DNA from: Promethearchaeota archaeon
GTDB lineage: Archaea > Asgardarchaeota > Lokiarchaeia > Sigyniarchaeales > SOKP01
Assembly: GCA_048940925.1 (NCBI GenBank)
Contig: JBHLOC010000051.1
Location: 1,395-33,556, forward strand
Direction of reading: 5' to 3'
DNA: 32,162 bases
A program made the translations under genes and the position numbers. Under the pieces are notes generated by a model. That model made no database searches, had not been told where the DNA came from, and saw only the letters and a program-made list of their open reading frames with translations. This document shows, in pieces, positions 27,732 to 32,162 of the stretch; position 1 is the first letter of the stretch; the number at the start of each line of letters is the position of its first letter.

Positions 27732-27757
27732 TTACTACCTTAATATTTGGAAACTTT

Positions 27758-27809
27758 TTGTTGTCAACTAATATTTGACAATAATATAATATAAATTAGA
27801 ATATATAAA
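27758..27809 (-). promoter_or_regulatory. hsp20-cdc48 promoter: TATA box plus palindromic operator candidate
   Basis: Minus-strand TTTATATA at 27809-27802; inverted repeat TTGTCAA(27761-27767)-N7-TTGACAA(27775-27781), extendable to 9/10 bp. Confidence 0.6.
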
Positions 27810-27896
27810 CTTCTTCCATATAATGTATAATTATAAACTGTATTGAGTAAGTTATTATAATATTATATTAAACTTAATTCTTTCTGAGAGAATATC

Positions 27897-28883
27897 ATGG
27901 GACGAGGCTCCGCTCAAATCTTGGATGACGACGAAGAAATCGATTTAGCTACCTTTATGTTAGATGCTTGCGGTATTGATTATTCCGATTTCTATTGGGA
28001 TGAGAGAATTTTGACAAGGGGTAATTTCGAAAAAAATTTCAAATTCCTCAAAAAAATGGTTGAAAATCGTTCTTTTCGAAGAGCACCCTATTTTGTTCTA
28101 GGATACTTCATTCTCATAACAGGTTTCAGAATGCCCGAGGACCTACGGCAGAAAATGCTAGAAGTCGCAAAATGGGAACATGAAGAGGGAATTTGGGCAA
28201 ACCATTTTATACCTGAAAGGAAGATTTGTCTTAAAGATTTTAGGGAAAAAATCAAAACTCATAGACCAAATCTAAAGTTTCGACCAGTAAAACTAAAATA
28301 TTTTAGTAATCTAAACCTCTCAGAAGCTATTTTTGGGCTTAATGATTTCAGAAACGCATTAAAATCAGGGGAGATCGATAAGATTAGACATATCAAACTA
28401 GATGGCTGGAATCTAAAGACTATGCCTGAAGAGATATATGAGTTAAAAAGATTAGAATCATTAAGTCTTGAATTTAACCAAATGACTAATATCCCAATAG
28501 AGATTTCAGAATTACAGTCATTAAAGTATTTAAATTTAGATTATAATGAAATAACAACTCTTCCCTCTTCACTCTTAAATTTATCATCTTTAACATACCT
28601 TGATCTAGACCATAACTTATTCAAGCATATTCCAGAATCAATAATCAGATTACCCTCCATAGAAGTCTTAGGATTAAACTATAATTCTATTTCATCTATT
28701 CCAGAGTCAATAGAAGATATGAAATCACTGAAAACTCTTGCTTTAGATTATAATTACATTTCAGAATTACCAAGAACGATATTTAATCTTAACTCTCTAA
28801 GATTTTTAAATATAAGAAAAAATAAAATAAAAGAAATTCCTGAATTTCTTAGAAATATTAAATATTCAATTATATTGAAATAA
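27897..28883 (+). CDS. Leucine-rich repeat protein with uncharacterised N-terminal domain
   Basis: Six complete 23-aa LRRs (e.g. ITTLPSSLLNLSSLTYLDLDHNL) after an N-terminal region of about 160 aa. Confidence 0.88.
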   Translation: MGRGSAQILDDDEEIDLATFMLDACGIDYSDFYWDERILTRGNFEKNFKFLKKMVENRSFRRAPYFVLGYFILITGFRMPEDLRQKMLEVAKWEHEEGIWANHFIPERKICLKDFREKIKTHRPNLKFRPVKLKYFSNLNLSEAIFGLNDFRNALKSGEIDKIRHIKLDGWNLKTMPEEIYELKRLESLSLEFNQMTNIPIEISELQSLKYLNLDYNEITTLPSSLLNLSSLTYLDLDHNLFKHIPESIIRLPSIEVLGLNYNSISSIPESIEDMKSLKTLALDYNYISELPRTIFNLNSLRFLNIRKNKIKEIPEFLRNIKYSIILK

Positions 28884-28906
28884 AAACTAAGTTAAAAATA
28901 AAGTTA

Positions 28907-29302
28907 TTAGTCATCTCCTAAATAACCATTGAAATACTTAACCTTCGCCTCCTCATATGACATGTCAAATAGTTTAAAGATCCTATCCTCAACTAGACGA
29001 ATTCCTCTCTCATTTATTTCACCACTCGATAACCTGTATAGTGAGGTTGTTGGAATGTCCCATCCAATCTTTATCAATAAATCATGTGCATCTTTAGAGT
29101 TCTCTAATGTTCGAATAGCAAGAGGGGTTAGATAATTCTCGTATATAATATTTTTCAACCCGCCCATATCCTTAACGAGTGTTCGTAGGCTTCTAGGAAT
29201 GGCCCTATAAAGCCTTGTAGGTTGCATACCTAGATGTTCCAATAAACCTGCGTAACTATCGACCCCATACCTACTAATTATAGAAGCTACTAGGACTTTC
29301 AT
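28907..29302 (-). CDS. Hypothetical protein, possibly the C-terminal fragment of a larger gene
   Basis: 131-aa ORF, visibly less AT-rich than its neighbours; the frame stays open upstream of the ATG (...VRSEKSRRY-MKVL). Confidence 0.5.
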   Translation of the reverse strand: MKVLVASIISRYGVDSYAGLLEHLGMQPTRLYRAIPRSLRTLVKDMGGLKNIIYENYLTPLAIRTLENSKDAHDLLIKIGWDIPTTSLYRLSSGEINERGIRLVEDRIFKLFDMSYEEAKVKYFNGYLGDD

Positions 29303-29355
29303 ATATCGCCTACTCTTCTCACTCCTTACTATAAAGCTAAAGAAACGTAAATTTA

Positions 29356-31311
29356 CTAAAAGCTGTAATATTTTTCTAATAAATAATCTATATTATTTTC
29401 ATCTAAGTCGAATAATTGAAAAATTAATTTATCTAATGTTGTTTGTATGAAATCTTTGTTATAGTTTTCTATAGCATGAATGAGTCTTGATCGAAATTGA
29501 CTATTTCCGAGTGAGTAAAATATTTTTAAAGTATCTAGTTTTTGATAAGTTCTTTCTACAGAATGATTTTGATTAGAAATTTGATTTTTTATTAAATAAG
29601 AGGTTAAAATTTTTATTAATTTTACAATATTCTCTTTCTCTTCAGAGTTGAAGTTTTTTGTATTTGGTATAGGTAACCCATATTCTAATTTGGTTTTACT
29701 TCTTTTTAAAGATATATTTTTAGCGTTATATATAAAACCTACTAGCTTAGAATTTAGATAAGCTAATATAAATAAATAATCAATCTTACTTTCTACAAAT
29801 TTTGGCCACAGAAAGTAGGTATCTGATGTGGCATAATACTGAGCATTTGTATAACCAAAAATATTCTGATTTGAAATATATTTAAAAAAAATTTTTGGCT
29901 CGTTATCGTAGAAAGGCTCGAGATCAACTAAATTTTCTTTATTAGATTTCTCAAAATTACGAATAAATGATCCTCTTCTGGGAAAATAAAAATCTTCAGG
30001 ATTCTCTTTTGCATTAACTAATATCTTCCGTAGTTCTGTTTCAAATTGTTTTAAATATTTAATAAGAGTTGGGTATTTCTTTTCATAGAACTGAATTCTC
30101 TTTTTCGAAGATTTCGTTTTACATTCATTCTTATTAAAATAAATTAAATATCCTATAGAACTTTTTCGTGAATATCCATATGCCTTAATTGATTTGCTTT
30201 TATATAACTTTTTAAGTCTTAATTTTTCTGTTTTGGTTAATTTCACAAATTTACCATTAACCTTAAGGTAAAAATCCTTATTCTCAACCTTATAACGTGT
30301 TCCTTTTTTCAAAACAAATATATCATCATTTATCAGAATAATGCCATTACGAATAAGGAAGTAATCTTTCAAAAGAGAAGTTTTACCATCGATTTTACAA
30401 AAATCCTCAATTTTGTTTATTACATTTTTAACTTCGCTAGGATACATCAAATTCCAGCTCTGATCTTGTTTTAGATCAAAATTAGTTAAAGCTGATTTAT
30501 ATCTTCTAATAAATCTAGAATCATTATTATAAATCATTTCCTTGAAGATCTTCTTATTAACTGAATCATTACTTAGATTAGATCCCTTATCTCTTAAAAA
30601 TTGGATAATTTCAATTTCTTTTTTTCTAGTTAATACTTTTTCTTGTTCGGTTTTTTTTTGTAGTACAAAAATACAATTATGTTGCCCTTTAGCTCCTTCA
30701 AACAATCTCAAATGTGATAGATCTATATATTGTATTAAATCGCAATCATCTAAAATATGTGGTTTAAGCAATTTTATTCCAGTTTTTTTAGATTTCGTAA
30801 TCCAGTAATTAGTAGTGATGAATGAAAGGAATCCACGAGAATTTAATTTTTCTATTCCTAAATGTATAAAGAAGTAAAAGAGATCCATATTTCCGACAAA
30901 AAATTTAGTGCATATGGGATAAATCTTAATATACTCCTGAAAGATTTCAGCATTATAATTCTGGCCTAAATATGGGGGATTTCCAATTATTAGATCATAT
31001 TTTTTATTCGGATCAGAACCTAAGAAATTTTCAAATTTAAATTCTACATTTGGATAAGAATTTAAAAGATATTCTTTCAAATTAATATCCATTTCATAAG
31101 CTGTTATATTACAAAAACCATTTTTTAGAAGGAAATTTAAAAAAATGCCTTCTCCGACTGATGGTTCTAAAACTTTTAAAGTTTGAGGTTCATAACCGCA
31201 AGAATCGATAAACCTTAAGATATTATATACCATGAATTCAGCAAGATAACTTGGGGTAAAGATTTGCCCAATTTTATCATTATCTTTAGCATTAAAGTTT
31301 TTCAATGCCAT
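29356..31311 (-). CDS. N6-adenine DNA methyltransferase, gamma class (TaqI/Eco57I-like) with target-recognition region
   Basis: GQIFTP (motif X), VLEPSVGEGIF (motif I), IIGNPPY (motif IV), DLFYFF, and C-terminal LAYLNSKL. Confidence 0.9.
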   Translation of the reverse strand: MALKNFNAKDNDKIGQIFTPSYLAEFMVYNILRFIDSCGYEPQTLKVLEPSVGEGIFLNFLLKNGFCNITAYEMDINLKEYLLNSYPNVEFKFENFLGSDPNKKYDLIIGNPPYLGQNYNAEIFQEYIKIYPICTKFFVGNMDLFYFFIHLGIEKLNSRGFLSFITTNYWITKSKKTGIKLLKPHILDDCDLIQYIDLSHLRLFEGAKGQHNCIFVLQKKTEQEKVLTRKKEIEIIQFLRDKGSNLSNDSVNKKIFKEMIYNNDSRFIRRYKSALTNFDLKQDQSWNLMYPSEVKNVINKIEDFCKIDGKTSLLKDYFLIRNGIILINDDIFVLKKGTRYKVENKDFYLKVNGKFVKLTKTEKLRLKKLYKSKSIKAYGYSRKSSIGYLIYFNKNECKTKSSKKRIQFYEKKYPTLIKYLKQFETELRKILVNAKENPEDFYFPRRGSFIRNFEKSNKENLVDLEPFYDNEPKIFFKYISNQNIFGYTNAQYYATSDTYFLWPKFVESKIDYLFILAYLNSKLVGFIYNAKNISLKRSKTKLEYGLPIPNTKNFNSEEKENIVKLIKILTSYLIKNQISNQNHSVERTYQKLDTLKIFYSLGNSQFRSRLIHAIENYNKDFIQTTLDKLIFQLFDLDENNIDYLLEKYYSF

Positions 31312-31574
31312 ATGATATAATTATTGGATTAAGAATCTAAATAGTTAATGGTTGGTTTAAGTAATATTAATGAAAAGAAGGAAAATGATATCTAAAATAT
31401 AATCTATTTAAATTGCACTCTGGAATTAATAAAAAAAATTTATTTACTTTTTAAAAATCTCAACTTCTTGATAGATCAATCTGGAATTCGATATAAACCT
31501 AAACTTAAGCAACGATTTAAAAAAAGAACAAAAATTAAACTTAAGAAAAAGAAAGAGTAAATTATAGATTGACT

Positions 31575-32162
31575 TTAACTATGATGATGTTCATGATGTT
31601 CCATTTTAATGTTTACCGGTTTCAAATTCCCGATTGCCCATCCAGTTACTTCATTAAGAGAAGGGTGAATGACCATAGAATGATAAATAGGCATGAATGA
31701 TCCCGCTTCAGGACAAGCTTTTTCTATTTTAGTTATATCTATTTCATCTTTATATTCTGGTAAGGTACAAGAAAAACCTGAATTCATCAAATAAACGAAA
31801 GGTTGTACTAAAAGAGCCGCATTTGGACCGATTACATGAGCACCAAGAATTCTATAAGACTTATCAACAATGAGTTTTACAAATCCATCATCTTCTTGAC
31901 CACTTTCAAATCCCATTGCAAATCCTTTTGCTACAGTTGAATAATTTTTAATAGCAACATAAATTTCATAGCCTTTTTCAATTGCTTCTGCTTGAGTCAT
32001 TCCCACATGACCTATTTGAGGATAAGTAAATATCGCCCATGGAACTGCTGAATAATCAACCAATCTCTTCTGATCTTCTGATCCAAATATATTATTAGTA
32101 CAAATTTCAGCCTCATAATTGGCTTTATGACGGAATTGATATAGTCCATTAGCATCTCCAAT
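31575..32162 (-). CDS. Pyridine nucleotide-disulfide oxidoreductase (dihydrolipoamide dehydrogenase/mycothione reductase-like), 3' part (5'-truncated by window edge)
   Basis: Frame open to the window end: IGDANGLYQFRHKANYEA...VPWAIFTYPQIGHVG...GFVKLIVD...ILGAHVIG...IHPSLNEV. Confidence 0.88.
   Translation of the reverse strand: MGDANGLYQFRHKANYEAEICTNNIFGSEDQKRLVDYSAVPWAIFTYPQIGHVGMTQAEAIEKGYEIYVAIKNYSTVAKGFAMGFESGQEDDGFVKLIVDKSYRILGAHVIGPNAALLVQPFVYLMNSGFSCTLPEYKDEIDITKIEKACPEAGSFMPIYHSMVIHPSLNEVTGWAIGNLKPVNIKMEHHEHHHS

Noticed and set aside
468-30808. Short overlapping ORFs in the track (468-686, 780-983, 3113-3349, 4147-4407, 5443-5652, 6849-7082, 7199-7459, 11299-11511, 13312-13494, 14181-14381, 14503-14715, 16223-16405, 16239-16430, 16440-16637, 23759-23959, 24653-24874, 25843-26058, 26933-27136, 27133-27498, 28929-29135, 30542-30808)
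   Set aside because: They are antisense or off-frame shadows of better-supported genes and have no recognisable motifs.

Overview
This is an AT-rich archaeal chromosomal window, most likely from an Asgard archaeon (Lokiarchaeia). The assignment is inferred from an archaeal-type G1-C72 tRNA-Pro with a bulge-helix-bulge intron, CdhD and an FwdF-like polyferredoxin, Cdc48, archaemetzincin, an IPGF-TM-basic sorting tail, and TPR-zinc-finger and LRR proteins. It carries the 3' part of a large surface protein with 243-bp repeats, a TPR-RING-like protein, a tautomerase, cdhD, an orphan ABC substrate-binding protein, and an acyl-CoA ligase. These are followed by a dapF-lysA / dapA-dapB lysine cluster, an iron-sulfur flavoprotein, ADP-ribosylglycohydrolase, archaemetzincin, an enolase-superfamily enzyme, and tRNA-Pro(TGG). 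The right part holds an hsp20-cdc48-HTH regulator-HEXXH protease cluster, an LRR protein, an orphan N6-adenine methyltransferase, and the 3' end of a flavin disulfide reductase. Signals the ORF track misses: (1) probable ATC and ATT initiation in the fwdF-like gene and cdhD; (2) a tRNA intron at non-canonical position 25/26; (3) a TTGTCAA-N7-TTGACAA palindrome over the predicted hsp20-cdc48 transcription start; (4) a 105-bp duplicated promoter bracketing the flavoprotein gene; (5) remnants of a histidine kinase, a response regulator and an MFS transporter. No CRISPR array, rRNA, transposase or integrase was seen. All calls come from manual reading, with no database searches.
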